Assembly: GCA_945860415.1 (NCBI GenBank)
Contig: CAMAQA010000001.1
Coordinates: 29,304-93,303 of the forward strand
DNA from: Bacteriovorax stolpii
GTDB taxonomy: Bacteria; Bdellovibrionota; UBA1018
Direction of reading: 5' to 3'
DNA length: 64,000 bases
Below are positions 30,201 to 38,869 of this stretch, piece by piece. The notes below the pieces were generated by a model. That model did no database searches. It was not told the origin of the DNA and saw only the letters and a program-made list of their open reading frames with translations. The translations under genes were made by a program, and so were the position numbers. The first letter of the stretch is position 1. Each line of letters opens with the position of its first letter.

Positions 30201-30564
30201 GAGGAATGATCCGGCAAATGCGGCGCATGCATCTGCCGAGCTCAAGAAGAACGCCAACGGCTACCGGTTCTCGAATCCGGCCGCCGTCAAGAACCTCATG
30301 AACACGGCATTTCCGGGCTGGTTCGATGGATCACACACCATCGATTCGTCGACCCGGTTCAATGCACTGCAGGTGTTCTCGCTGATCTACCTGTTTTTCG
30401 AAGGTAACGGCAGTGATGGCCTGCATGTCGAAGGACTCGCGCCCGACGGCGAGCAGGGCGGATTCATGCCGATGAGTCCGGTCATGAGTGGAGGCGACAA
30501 TGTTCCGAGCTTTAACAAGGCCTTCGGAAACGGCCTGACGACGTTCAAACAAGCGACCAATTGA
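27259..30564 (+). CDS. Very large (about 1090 aa) predicted surface lipoprotein, Cys-rich, family unknown (probable start MKRVVAAALAASMFAGC at about 27307)
   Basis: Lipoprotein signal peptide with a lipobox. A short N-terminal beta-sandwich-like segment (GCTVTARDLQTGAVIATGTSGSDGTYVI). More than 40 Cys, many in short-range pairs. Gly/Asp/Ser/Asn-rich with no catalytic motif recognised. Sits behind a relatively AT-rich promoter region and before a terminator. Confidence 0.6.
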   Translation: MEGLSVIDFMKKGHGPMKRVVAAALAASMFAGCAKVQEAINSVSNKIKPNIVGKVTSSGGATMMKAVARKAASGKTVPIFGRKLPVVSQSVEGDGVSGCTVTARDLQTGAVIATGTSGSDGTYVIESDSITAGDSYRVVATCGTGPSAVSFAAVTSADTQDPDEKEPVSTNARSTLIAAQIIEAVLEALEAAVQSIPGASDAVKDSIKQAVLEAVDTIIAQVSAVIEEAIESGAMQEPSDTVATEMTAAVDDATTAADADDAAAVYEEDVGSIPESVGNATAGAAKAASALPACDSSLNAEGETPIATQAGCTQAVAKLLYSLGFSVAVNTGSGGSFDGESCASTNADMLNAFPGAEFQDLSEPPADGENRPQIAGACFVRSKTAKVNRNEGYDDKGGEEDDTVFVESFSSSEITGLLSKIAQSMLANYQYSLNNIDQILFSHDAGAQAGMNMKLIFQSKEFNQDSAGFGQSYKYRNASGSWVDIPCGEGGCALWQMMEAGFADMTWGSCNAALGSPAKLLATNIGSGDFVGDVMSAQYSGPVPTQSQLESFFNERSFVDNNPTGEKEFHVLFEKDPRWVNPGDVLPAPATGTDTRPASCTDAEPESGTPCPNGCFDNDPSTKCYAVGSTLAEVTPVQVNVQLGAAITLSGDSKGFRPMTSITGAPGTGAYFIRPIFGPSGFLGAGQLISASTGKLLRDDFMRPRTFLVYDSGVECPSGISCADGNAYNVDLEWSCGGDGPCEPEMKAITGATSTISMSEINAEVKSEYRSRWEEIHADEDKFGHSAIVVGQGEWKDLSVLTVKVNPATAQITLTGKASSLPDVEDDRYAVSPVWNCSNEGCSVGGFYLVNKNGVPFSPPSDSFDGKKWEPGKVCWVESGNWTCGAEVIRFGVGDDSTWVNLNAGSPDYDTETGGAQSFDDVAASIRVPSGPAANPSHKCSFNPYYVETGTANEKLDCNEGDAAATSGDVSFSNMWEFDRWRNDPANAAHASAELKKNANGYRFSNPAAVKNLMNTAFPGWFDGSHTIDSSTRFNALQVFSLIYLFFEGNGSDGLHVEGLAPDGEQGGFMPMSPVMSGGDNVPSFNKAFGNGLTTFKQATN

Positions 30565-30586
30565 TCGCCTGACCTGAACTCAATGA

Positions 30587-30620
30587 GCCCCCGGTCGCCG
30601 CAAGGTGGCCGGGGTTTTTT
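30587..30620 (+). terminator. Probable rho-independent terminator after the giant lipoprotein gene
   Basis: Imperfect GC-rich hairpin CCCCGG..GCC-gcaaggt-GGC.CGGGG followed by TTTTTTCTTTT. Confidence 0.45.
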
Positions 30621-30634
30621 CTTTTCAGAGCAGA

Positions 30635-32050
30635 CTAAAAGATCTTCCCGGGATTCATGAGCCCCTGTGGATCCAGCAGCGTCTTCACTCCACGCAGGAT
30701 CGCGAGTTCATCGCTCGACTTCGAGTACTTCAGCGCGTCCTTCTTGAGGAGCCCGATGCCGTGCTCGGCCGAGACGCTGCCCCCATGCGACTGCACGAGC
30801 TCGAAGAGCGCCACGTCGGCTTGCTTGCACCTCGCAGTGAACTCCTCTTTCGACAGGCCTTCGGGCTTGAGCGTGTTGACGTGCAGGTTCCCGTCTCCGA
30901 TGTGTCCAAACAGGTAGATCTCGAAATCCGAGTGCCGCGACTCGAAAAGCGCATACATCTCTCCGATGAAGCGTTCGAGCGAGGCTATCGGAAGCGCGAT
31001 GTCGTTCTTGTGGACAAACGTGCCGGCCATGATGCTCTCGGCAATTCCCTCTCGAATCATCCACAGGTCTCGCGCCTCGCGAGGGTTTTGGGCCAGGGTG
31101 CCGTCCAGCACCAGGCCCTTCTCGAATAGTCCCGAGAGCCACGCATCCATCACTTCGCGCGCATCGGCTGAGCCCGGACGTTCGGCCTCGAGAAGAACAT
31201 ATGCTCCCGCTTGAGTTTCAAAGGGCGGCCGAAGTTTCAGGTGCGAGACGACCTTTTCGAGGCAGTTGTGGGTCAGCGTCTCAAAAGCCATCAGCGTGAA
31301 GGGTGCACGACGTGCCTCCAGGAAGAGCTGGAACACTGCCGCCATGTCCTTCACGGCGAAGAAGAACACATCGGCCTCTCCCTGGGCCCGCGTGAGCTTG
31401 AGCGTGGCTTCGGTGATCACGCCGAGTGTTCCTTCGGTTCCGATGAAGAAGTGACGAAGGTCCAGGCCCGTGTTGTTCTTTTCGAGCGCGCCATTCAGCT
31501 CCAGGATGCGTCCGTCCATCAGGACGACCTGCAGCCCGAGGACCCAGTTTCGAGTCATGCCGTAGTGGATGACCTTCACGCCACCGGCGTTGGTGGCGAT
31601 ATTGCCGCCCACATGGCTGGATCCTTTGGATGCAAAGTCCACCGGCCAGGTCAGTCCATGCGGCGCGCAGTGCCCGTGCACGGCTTCGGTGATGGCGCCG
31701 GCCTGCACGCGTAATGTCTGCGAGAGGACATCCACCGGACCCATCCGGTTCATGCGCTCGAGGCTCACGACGATTTCACCGTTCGCGGCCACGGCTCCGC
31801 CGGAGAGGCCCGTGCGTCCGCCGGATGGAACCACTGCCACATGATGTTGAGAGCAGAGCTTCAGGAGCCGGCTGACCTCCTCGGTCGTGCGAGGAAACGC
31901 CACTGCAGAAGGCTTCGGTGCATAGACTTTCGTCCAGTCCTTGCCATGCGATTCGAGGATCGCAGGAACACGGGAAAGAAAGTCGGCGGGAAAGTCCTTC
32001 TCGAGGACGGCAAGCAGCGCCTGGGGCAGTGTCGGAGTCGAGGTAGCCAT
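30635..32050 (-). CDS. FAD-binding oxidoreductase (GlcD / D-lactate dehydrogenase family)
   Basis: FAD_binding_4 (PCMH-type) N-terminal domain (VVPSGGRTGLSGGA) and a C-terminal FAD-linked oxidase domain. About 470 aa. Confidence 0.8.
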   Translation of the reverse strand: MATSTPTLPQALLAVLEKDFPADFLSRVPAILESHGKDWTKVYAPKPSAVAFPRTTEEVSRLLKLCSQHHVAVVPSGGRTGLSGGAVAANGEIVVSLERMNRMGPVDVLSQTLRVQAGAITEAVHGHCAPHGLTWPVDFASKGSSHVGGNIATNAGGVKVIHYGMTRNWVLGLQVVLMDGRILELNGALEKNNTGLDLRHFFIGTEGTLGVITEATLKLTRAQGEADVFFFAVKDMAAVFQLFLEARRAPFTLMAFETLTHNCLEKVVSHLKLRPPFETQAGAYVLLEAERPGSADAREVMDAWLSGLFEKGLVLDGTLAQNPREARDLWMIREGIAESIMAGTFVHKNDIALPIASLERFIGEMYALFESRHSDFEIYLFGHIGDGNLHVNTLKPEGLSKEEFTARCKQADVALFELVQSHGGSVSAEHGIGLLKKDALKYSKSSDELAILRGVKTLLDPQGLMNPGKIF

Positions 32051-32083
32051 GGCGCCAGTCTAGCGCCCAACGGCCTCGCTTGG

Positions 32084-33478
32084 CTAGCGCAGCCGGGCTT
32101 CGAGCTGTCCGGACCGGAAGCGCTGGCTCGAGAACTGCCTCAGCGCGTCGTCGTTTCCTGAAAGCCACGCTTCACCCTCGCTGAGGGCCGGCGCCACGGT
32201 GCCGGGTGCGGCCTTGGTGGGCTTGTCAGAATCGACGAAGAGGACGGCCTCATCGATGGAGCACGTTTCCGAGACGGGAAGGGCGGCCTCCGATCCATGG
32301 CCCCAGGAGTTCCTGAAAATGAAATGCGGGACGCCATTGATGTCCTGAAAGCCCTTGAGCGTCATCGCGTGGCCCTGACCCGGAGTATCGCCCGCCGATC
32401 CGGTCGGAGCGTAAGGAGCCCAGTTCTTCGAACGAAGCCCGCCCCGAAGCAGGAACTTGGACATGCTGGGTGTTCCGATCGAGACCGGAATTCCGGCGCA
32501 GAGTGCGCGCATCAGCTGCTGGCGTCGTTGTTCGGCCTTTTCAGGAGTGCAACTCGACTGGCCCAGCTCTGAGTACAGCACGAGGGGTTCGATTCCGGAG
32601 AGATTGACCGAACCGTATTTGCGGATGAGTTCTTTTTCGAATTGCTCGGCACTGCGCGGAATCGCGCATGAGAGTTGTCGGTCGCCTACGGTTCCGTCCT
32701 TCAAATGGTTCTTCAATGCTCGCGACTCCTTCGAGTTGGCTTCAATTCGAGTCACGACTTTTTCGAGGACCTGGTTCAGCTCGCGAATCTGTTCGAGCGG
32801 AGTCCTTCCTGTTTCATCGGGCTGGCGGCATCCGGAATCGAGCTTCTTGAAAAGCCCGTCCTGCTTGCTTTCGAGCAACTTGAACTGCTCCTGTAGCGAT
32901 GCATACTCGCGCTCCAGTTCTCCGATCTTCTGGTGGTCGGTTTCGCGCTCGTAGTATTGGCACGATGACTGGCCCACCAGGTCCTCCGAGAATTGCCGAT
33001 ACTCCACGAGGGCATCCCAGCTGTATTGGGGAACGATTCGATCCTCCTGCAAGCCCTTCCGGACTGCGGCAACCAGTCCACCCTCGAAGAAGCTGCGCGG
33101 AATGCGACCGATCGTGCCGGTGACTGCGTCGCCCTCCGAGGCCCGGAGAATGCGATCGAGGTTGAACTTCGGCTCTCGTGCCTGCCGAAGTGCGGGGAGG
33201 GTGGGCAGGATCTGCGTCGTCTTGCCGTGCTTTCGTGCATAGGCTGCCTCGGCCCCGGCAGTTGCCGCGTAGGAATAGCAGGTGCCGTCCAGCTGGAAGA
33301 GCTCATCCTCGAACTGGGGACTCGCCGAGATGGACTCGAAGGACTTGCCGTAGCACTGCAGGTCCGCGGAGGAGTCTGCGGTCTGCGCCGATGCCGGGAG
33401 CGCCAGGCTCGAAGTCATGGCGAAAATGCGGAAGAATAGAGCTGCCCGGTAGCGGTCCATCGACCGATGGGAGTGCAA
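32084..33478 (-). CDS. Papain-superfamily (C1, PepC/bleomycin-hydrolase-like spacing) cysteine peptidase with a predicted signal peptide
   Basis: Candidate catalytic residues: Gln/Cys block QLDGTCYSYAATAGAEAAY (cf. QGSCGSCWAF), His block GHAMTLKG and Asn block FRNSWGHG near the C-terminus. A large coiled-coil-like insertion separates the Cys and His blocks. A hydrophobic N-terminus suggests export. Confidence 0.4.
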   Translation of the reverse strand: MHSHRSMDRYRAALFFRIFAMTSSLALPASAQTADSSADLQCYGKSFESISASPQFEDELFQLDGTCYSYAATAGAEAAYARKHGKTTQILPTLPALRQAREPKFNLDRILRASEGDAVTGTIGRIPRSFFEGGLVAAVRKGLQEDRIVPQYSWDALVEYRQFSEDLVGQSSCQYYERETDHQKIGELEREYASLQEQFKLLESKQDGLFKKLDSGCRQPDETGRTPLEQIRELNQVLEKVVTRIEANSKESRALKNHLKDGTVGDRQLSCAIPRSAEQFEKELIRKYGSVNLSGIEPLVLYSELGQSSCTPEKAEQRRQQLMRALCAGIPVSIGTPSMSKFLLRGGLRSKNWAPYAPTGSAGDTPGQGHAMTLKGFQDINGVPHFIFRNSWGHGSEAALPVSETCSIDEAVLFVDSDKPTKAAPGTVAPALSEGEAWLSGNDDALRQFSSQRFRSGQLEARLR

Positions 33479-33630
33479 GGGCGGAGCCGGCCGGTCTCAC
33501 GTCAGTTCCAACCTGGAGCGGGCTGGGACGACAAATGGAGCCGCCCTCAGGGACCGATTGTCCAAGCTTTGGTCAGTGCCGGAGTCTCTCGACGATTGAC
33601 TCGGCCGCCATTCCGCGAAAAAGTGCGGCA

Positions 33631-34497
33631 ATGGAAAAGAGCCCCGTTTCTCCGATGACCCTGATTGCCGGCCCATGCGTGATCGAGAGCGAAGCCTTGT
33701 GTCTCGAGATCGCGCAGGAGCTGAAGCGCCAGCTTGCCGGTCTACCGGTGTCGCTCACCTTCAAGGCGTCTTTCGATAAGGCCAACCGCAGCTCCATCGA
33801 AGGCTTTCGCGGACCCGGCATGAAGGAAGGACTCAAGATCCTCTCTCGCGTTCGCGAGAAGACGGGCCTTCCCGTGTTGACGGATCTCCACACTCCCGAG
33901 CAGGCCGACCCGGTTGCCGAGGTCGTCGACTTTTTGCAGATTCCCGCATTTTTGTGCCGCCAGACCGATCTCGTGGTTTCCGCCGCCGAGGCCGCTCTTC
34001 GTCGCGGCCGGCGCCTCAACGTCAAGAAGGGCCAGTTCCTGGCTCCGTGGGACGCAAAAAACATCGTCGAGAAGGTGCGTGCCGTCGAGGTCCGCGAAGG
34101 CAAATCTTTCGCCAGCGATGGGTTCTTCCTCACCGAGCGTGGGGTGACCCACGGCTACAACACGCTGGTAGTCGACATGGTTTCATTCCAGACGATGCAG
34201 GGTTTCGGTGTTCCAGTGATTTACGACGCCACCCATTCCATCCAGATGCCGGGGGCAGGATCGGGCGGAAAAAGCACGGGAGGCAAGCGCGAGTACCTTG
34301 AAGTGCTCGCACGTGCCGCGATGGCAGCAGGCGCCAACGGGCTTTTCATGGAATGCCATCCGCGTCCGAACGAGGCAAAAAGTGACGGACCCAACGCGTT
34401 TTATCTCGAGCACGTCGGCACTTTCATCAAGCAGCTTTTGGCGATTCGCCAGCTCGTGGCATCGCAGCCCAAGCTCCTTCCTGAGGCGAGAAACTGA
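33631..34497 (+). CDS. kdsA: 3-deoxy-8-phosphooctulonate synthase (Kdo8P synthase)
   Basis: MTLIAGPCVIES N-terminus and a TIM-barrel DAHP/KDO8P synthase core. The ATG at 33631 lies 151 codons into the longer track ORF (33178); the upstream part is a high-GC open-frame artefact. Confidence 0.9.
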   Translation: MEKSPVSPMTLIAGPCVIESEALCLEIAQELKRQLAGLPVSLTFKASFDKANRSSIEGFRGPGMKEGLKILSRVREKTGLPVLTDLHTPEQADPVAEVVDFLQIPAFLCRQTDLVVSAAEAALRRGRRLNVKKGQFLAPWDAKNIVEKVRAVEVREGKSFASDGFFLTERGVTHGYNTLVVDMVSFQTMQGFGVPVIYDATHSIQMPGAGSGGKSTGGKREYLEVLARAAMAAGANGLFMECHPRPNEAKSDGPNAFYLEHVGTFIKQLLAIRQLVASQPKLLPEARN

Positions 34498-34499
34498 AC

Positions 34500-35054
34500 A
34501 TGATGCAGCCCCATTCCACGAATATCTCCGCAAAGCTCCTCGAAACGGCCGATCTCCAGGAGCGCCTGAAGAGGATCCGGCTGCTCATTCTCGATGTCGA
34601 CGGCGTGATGACCGATGGCCGAGTTTTCTGGCTCGAGGGTCACGGCTGGACCCGGCATTTCCACGTGCAGGATGGCTACGGATTGAAGGTGCTGATGAAC
34701 CATGGCGTGCAGGTTGCCGTGATCAGTGGTGGCGAGAGCGAGGACGTGCGGACTCGCATGAGTTTCCTCAAGATCGAGCACGTTTTTCTCGGCGACGAAG
34801 ACAAGGTCAAGGCTTTGGACAAGATTGTCACTGCGACCGGACTCAGCACCGAGCAGATGGCCTTCATGGGAGACGACCTCTTTGATATTCCGGTCATCGA
34901 GCGCGTCGGATTCAGTGCCACCGTTCCTCATGCCGTGGATGCCGTGAAGGCCCGTGCGCATTACATCACGCAAAAGCAGGGAGGCTGGGGCGCCGTGCGC
35001 GAAATCGCCGACGCCATCCGCAAGGCACAGGGACTCGGGCCTTACCTGACCTGA
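34500..35054 (+). CDS. kdsC: Kdo-8-phosphate phosphatase (HAD family)
   Basis: HAD motif I (ILDVDGVMTDG) and GDDLFD motif. 2 nt downstream of kdsA. Confidence 0.85.
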   Translation: MMQPHSTNISAKLLETADLQERLKRIRLLILDVDGVMTDGRVFWLEGHGWTRHFHVQDGYGLKVLMNHGVQVAVISGGESEDVRTRMSFLKIEHVFLGDEDKVKALDKIVTATGLSTEQMAFMGDDLFDIPVIERVGFSATVPHAVDAVKARAHYITQKQGGWGAVREIADAIRKAQGLGPYLT

Positions 35055-35061
35055 CAAATCC

Positions 35062-36174
35062 TTGGCACGTGCGACCAGGGCGGGCAGCAGGTACACTGGT
35101 CCAATGGGGTGGTCCTGCCTGGCCAAGACATTCCTGCCGGTGATTGCTGCGGTGTCGATTGCGCCATCGACGTTTGCAGCTCGGCGCCCTCACGTGGTCT
35201 CAATGCTGGACGTGGCACTCGAGCGATTCGCCGAATTCCAGGATCGGAACGTCTTCGTGGAGTCGGGTGGAGATGAGGCCGGTCGCTCTCCCGCATCGAC
35301 GCCTTCATTTCTACTCAATGCCGGAGAACGTGAGACGTCCGAATCCTGCAGTCGTGAACCTGCCTCTGGGTCGCTCGTTGAAGATCGATTGCAGGACACC
35401 GAGGGCACGTACGATTCACTGCGCTCTCTGACCGAGGGGCTCTCGGGTCGAGAGTGCCTTCAGGTGCTTCGGTGGGAGCTCAACCGTCCGGGGCGGCTCT
35501 GGTCGGACCTGAGTCTCGTCGAGCGTGCAGACCGAATTCGGGCGCATGCCATCCGGACGTATCGCCAGCTGGTCTCCATCCAGAAGGCAACTCGCAACCT
35601 AAAGAGCTCTGGTGATGCGCGCAGGGACATCTACAACCCGGACTACCTCGATCCGATCCTGTCGCCGGAGCTCGTGACCTGTGTCGCCCTCCAGGAGACC
35701 AAGGGGTTTGCCGACCTATCGCCGCACGCAGTGAACTATACGTTCTGCCTTTCTCCCGGTTCTGGAAAGTACGCGTCGAGTGCATCGGGCCTCGGCCAGA
35801 TGACCTGGACCACGATGTCCGGAGTCTCAGCCGTGCTGGTTCGTCCCAATGAAGCGCCCGCCGAGCTGCTGCCGATCAAGACCGTTCCAAGGCATGAAGG
35901 GCGTCCCGTGGAAGAACTCTTTTCGCTCATGAATGATGATGTTCCGCTCCAGATGGAAGTCATCTACCGGGTGATGAACTACAAGTTGAAGTTCGCACGA
36001 TTCAAGTACCCCGAGCTTTCCGCCACGCACGATGGACTGCTGCGAGCCGGAGTGGCGAGCTATGATCGGGATGACCAGAGCAGTTACCTGAAGAACGTCG
36101 TGCAGGCCTGCCTGCCGTGCATGGCGAGGCGTCGCAAGGGTGCGATTCTTTGCCTGGATGAGATGAGGAATTGA
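35062..36174 (+). CDS. Putative lytic transglycosylase (SLT-like domain) secreted protein (probable start Met at about 35104)
   Basis: QETKGF...SPGSGKYASSASGLGQM resembles the SLT catalytic block ES.F...S..GA.GLMQ. Signal peptide present. Confidence 0.4.
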   Translation: MARATRAGSRYTGPMGWSCLAKTFLPVIAAVSIAPSTFAARRPHVVSMLDVALERFAEFQDRNVFVESGGDEAGRSPASTPSFLLNAGERETSESCSREPASGSLVEDRLQDTEGTYDSLRSLTEGLSGRECLQVLRWELNRPGRLWSDLSLVERADRIRAHAIRTYRQLVSIQKATRNLKSSGDARRDIYNPDYLDPILSPELVTCVALQETKGFADLSPHAVNYTFCLSPGSGKYASSASGLGQMTWTTMSGVSAVLVRPNEAPAELLPIKTVPRHEGRPVEELFSLMNDDVPLQMEVIYRVMNYKLKFARFKYPELSATHDGLLRAGVASYDRDDQSSYLKNVVQACLPCMARRRKGAILCLDEMRN

Positions 36175-36686
36175 GAGGGGAGAGGACGATGAGAGTACTC
36201 GGACTGATCGCGATGCTTGCACCGCTGGTTGCATTGGCCAGCCAGCCTCAGGGCTCAGACCCCTACCGTTCGCTGCAAAAGGAAGGCGTGAAGTTCTTTG
36301 CGCGTTTCTCCGTGGTGGATGATTCCGCATGGAAGGTGCTCGTCAAGCAGCAGGACGGCGAGGATCTGTTGACAGTGCTCGACGACCGCACCGCACGCGT
36401 GTTGCTTTCTGCGGCGGGAAATTCCGAGCGATTTCTTTCGGCCGAGGCAGTGCAGCTGGGCAATCGCTCGGACCCGTTCCTGGTCACCCGGTGGACCAAG
36501 GGTGCGCATGGAGAGGAGATCCGCATCTATGACCCGAAAACCACCCAGGGAAAGCCGCTGGTTTTTTCCAAGGCATCGAGCTGGACGATTGGCTATCAGC
36601 AGTCCAACGGCAAGTTGAAGATCACGGGCCGCGCGGACGGCCGGGTAAATTCGAGCGATGGAGCCTTTGAAGTCTCCTGGCCCTAG
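36171..36686 (+). CDS. Small secreted hypothetical protein (start probably Met at about 36189)
   Basis: Signal peptide (MRVLGLIAMLAPLVALA), about 165 aa. ATGA-type overlap with the upstream gene. Confidence 0.4.
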   Translation: MRGERTMRVLGLIAMLAPLVALASQPQGSDPYRSLQKEGVKFFARFSVVDDSAWKVLVKQQDGEDLLTVLDDRTARVLLSAAGNSERFLSAEAVQLGNRSDPFLVTRWTKGAHGEEIRIYDPKTTQGKPLVFSKASSWTIGYQQSNGKLKITGRADGRVNSSDGAFEVSWP

Positions 36687-37816
36687 TGGCCCACGCCGGC
36701 GAGCGCATAAATGATCTCGAAGGCAATCAGCACGATGATGATGATCTCGAGCAGCATGCTTCGCTGCGTGTTTACCTCTCCCTGGAGAAGTTCGGAAACC
36801 TGGGCGAGGATGTTCATCTTGCGGCTGATACTGCCCTGCCAGTCTGCGACTCGGAATCTTCGTATTGCACCTCGAAAGGCCCTGGCGAGGTAGAAGTCGC
36901 CGACGACCTTCAGCGAGTTTTCCACTCGTCCAAGAAATTCCGAGAATTCGATGAACCTGGTGCTCGCCTCGTGCGACAGTTTCCAGAACGGCAGCCGGCC
37001 CTTGTTCCTTCGTCGTGCCTCGATGCTGTCATAGAGCAGGCCGAGGCGACGGTCGATGAGGTCGTCATAGTAGCGCATCTCAAGCAGGTGAGTGACGGCA
37101 AACTCCAGCACGTCCGGAATGTCACGCATTCCGCTCGGCTCCCAGACTAGGGCGCTATTCCAGTCGATGACCGCAAGGTCGTTGTCGCGGTAGGAGTACG
37201 TGTATTCCGCGAGCGCCTCGCGATTTTCCTTCGACAGGTTTCGATCCGTCTCTCCGAGCATCAGCGCGGGAATGTCAGCGCGTTCCGAAAACTCGACGGC
37301 GTTTCGGGCGCCTTCAACGTGTTCGAGGAAATAAATCGTGTAGTCCTCGAGGCCCTCCCATTCAGAAGGCTGTTGCAACGCATCCTGCAGGCGTCCGGTG
37401 AGTTCCTTGGCACGCTTGCGCGCGAAAGCGTCAATCTCGCTGTTGGCCTCGATGGCCGCCGACTTGCCCAGTAGCTGGTTCCAGTCAGTTCCTTCAGGAA
37501 TCGTCAGTTGGAACAGGATGGAGAGCACGCCGTAATCCCAGATCCTCGCCGTGGTCTCTGCTGCGTACTCCCGGTTCATGATCGTGATCGATGTTTCACC
37601 GAGCGAAATCGTGATCGGCGCATTCTTGATCACCACGGCCTGTCCGGTGGGGCGTGACAGGCGAAGCCGCTCCTTGGGGCTGGCCTCCTGGGTCAGGATC
37701 TGTTCGACCTTCGACAGGTTCACCTCTTCGGCGATGTCGAAACAGCGGTAGAGCATGATCGTGCCCTTGCGGATCTTGATCGTTTCGCCGGAATACGTCT
37801 CGGGCTTCGGGTTCAT
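36683..37816 (-). CDS. DUF155 / RMD1-YagE-like family protein with a C-terminal TM anchor (tentative)
   Basis: About 377 aa, soluble body plus a single C-terminal TM helix (LLEIIIIVLIAFEIIYALAG), the topology typical of DUF155. A 4-nt overlap with upstream ykgJ indicates an operon. Confidence 0.35.
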   Translation of the reverse strand: MNPKPETYSGETIKIRKGTIMLYRCFDIAEEVNLSKVEQILTQEASPKERLRLSRPTGQAVVIKNAPITISLGETSITIMNREYAAETTARIWDYGVLSILFQLTIPEGTDWNQLLGKSAAIEANSEIDAFARKRAKELTGRLQDALQQPSEWEGLEDYTIYFLEHVEGARNAVEFSERADIPALMLGETDRNLSKENREALAEYTYSYRDNDLAVIDWNSALVWEPSGMRDIPDVLEFAVTHLLEMRYYDDLIDRRLGLLYDSIEARRRNKGRLPFWKLSHEASTRFIEFSEFLGRVENSLKVVGDFYLARAFRGAIRRFRVADWQGSISRKMNILAQVSELLQGEVNTQRSMLLEIIIIVLIAFEIIYALAGVGH

Positions 37817-38250
37817 GGTCGATCCTTTCGTGGCGTCGCCTTCAGAGGATTCGCGGGACAGAACCCCGGCCGAGGTCCGATGGCCGGAAATGTCCTGCAG
37901 ACCTCCGGACGCTTGTCATACACGCCGCATCGCCGGTCGGCGCCAAGATAGCGGCAAACCCCCGACTCCGTCTGCCGGAGAATGAAGGACCGTGAGTTTT
38001 CGATGGCCGCCTCGATAACGCTCCGCTCCAGAAGAAGGCGAGTGATCTGGCGATAGGGCAGCTGCGACTGCTCGAGAGTCAACAGATCCAGTTGAGTGAG
38101 GTCGGTGAGGCTGACCTCGACGGGGAGGGTACAGCAAAGAGCCTGGCACCCCTCGCAGAGCCCGTCCTGATAGGACGTCCACGTCGACGGTCGGCCGGGA
38201 TCCCTTCGGGCGCTCAGGGCTAAACTCTTAAAATCCAATGATTTAGTCAT
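37813..38250 (-). CDS. YkgJ-family cysteine-cluster protein (CxxCxxCC Fe/Zn-chelating domain)
   Basis: CEGCQALCC cluster and a second Cys group (CRYLGADRRCGVY...C) as in the UPF0153/YkgJ family. Confidence 0.55.
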   Translation of the reverse strand: MTKSLDFKSLALSARRDPGRPSTWTSYQDGLCEGCQALCCTLPVEVSLTDLTQLDLLTLEQSQLPYRQITRLLLERSVIEAAIENSRSFILRQTESGVCRYLGADRRCGVYDKRPEVCRTFPAIGPRPGFCPANPLKATPRKDRP

Positions 38251-38401
38251 GCTTGGCTGGTGGCGAAAGAGCGACTGCTGCTCCTATGATAACAGGAAGC
38301 GGCTCAACTTTGGAGTAACTCGGATATTCAAGGTCCGATATAATCAGATTGAAGTCGGAGTCGGAAAATCGTAGTTACCGCCCTGCTCCAAGGACCATTG
38401 A

Positions 38402-38869
38402 ATGCTGAAGCTGAATCGTACGACCGAGTATGGCCTGATCGCTCTTCGCCACCTCAGCCAGAGGCAGGCCGGAGATGCGTCGTCTGCCCGCGAGATCGCG
38501 GATGTCTATGGTCTTCCGTTCGATATCCTGGCCAAGACCCTCCAGCGTCTCAAGGAGTCCGGAATCATTCAGTCCGCGCAGGGGGCTCGAGGCGGCTACA
38601 TGCTTCGGCGTCCGCTCGACCAGGTGACCCTGGCGGAATTCCTCGAACTCATGGAAGGCGCGAATGGCGTCGTGGCTTGTGCCGAAAAACCGGAACACGA
38701 GACGGCCTGCGAGTTTCAATCGAAATGCCAGATTCACGGAATGATGCGCGGATTGAACACGCGACTGAAGGCTTTCCTGTCAGGCATCCGCCTCTCGGAG
38801 TTCACGGCCGAAAAGATTTCTCCTGAACCGATCCAGCTCGAAAACTTCTCCAGACAGGTGAACTCATGA
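38402..38869 (+). CDS. iscR: Rrf2-family transcriptional regulator IscR
   Basis: Rrf2 HTH at the N-terminus and three Cys (C..C.....C) plus His as cluster ligands. First gene of the isc operon. Confidence 0.85.
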   Translation: MLKLNRTTEYGLIALRHLSQRQAGDASSAREIADVYGLPFDILAKTLQRLKESGIIQSAQGARGGYMLRRPLDQVTLAEFLELMEGANGVVACAEKPEHETACEFQSKCQIHGMMRGLNTRLKAFLSGIRLSEFTAEKISPEPIQLENFSRQVNS

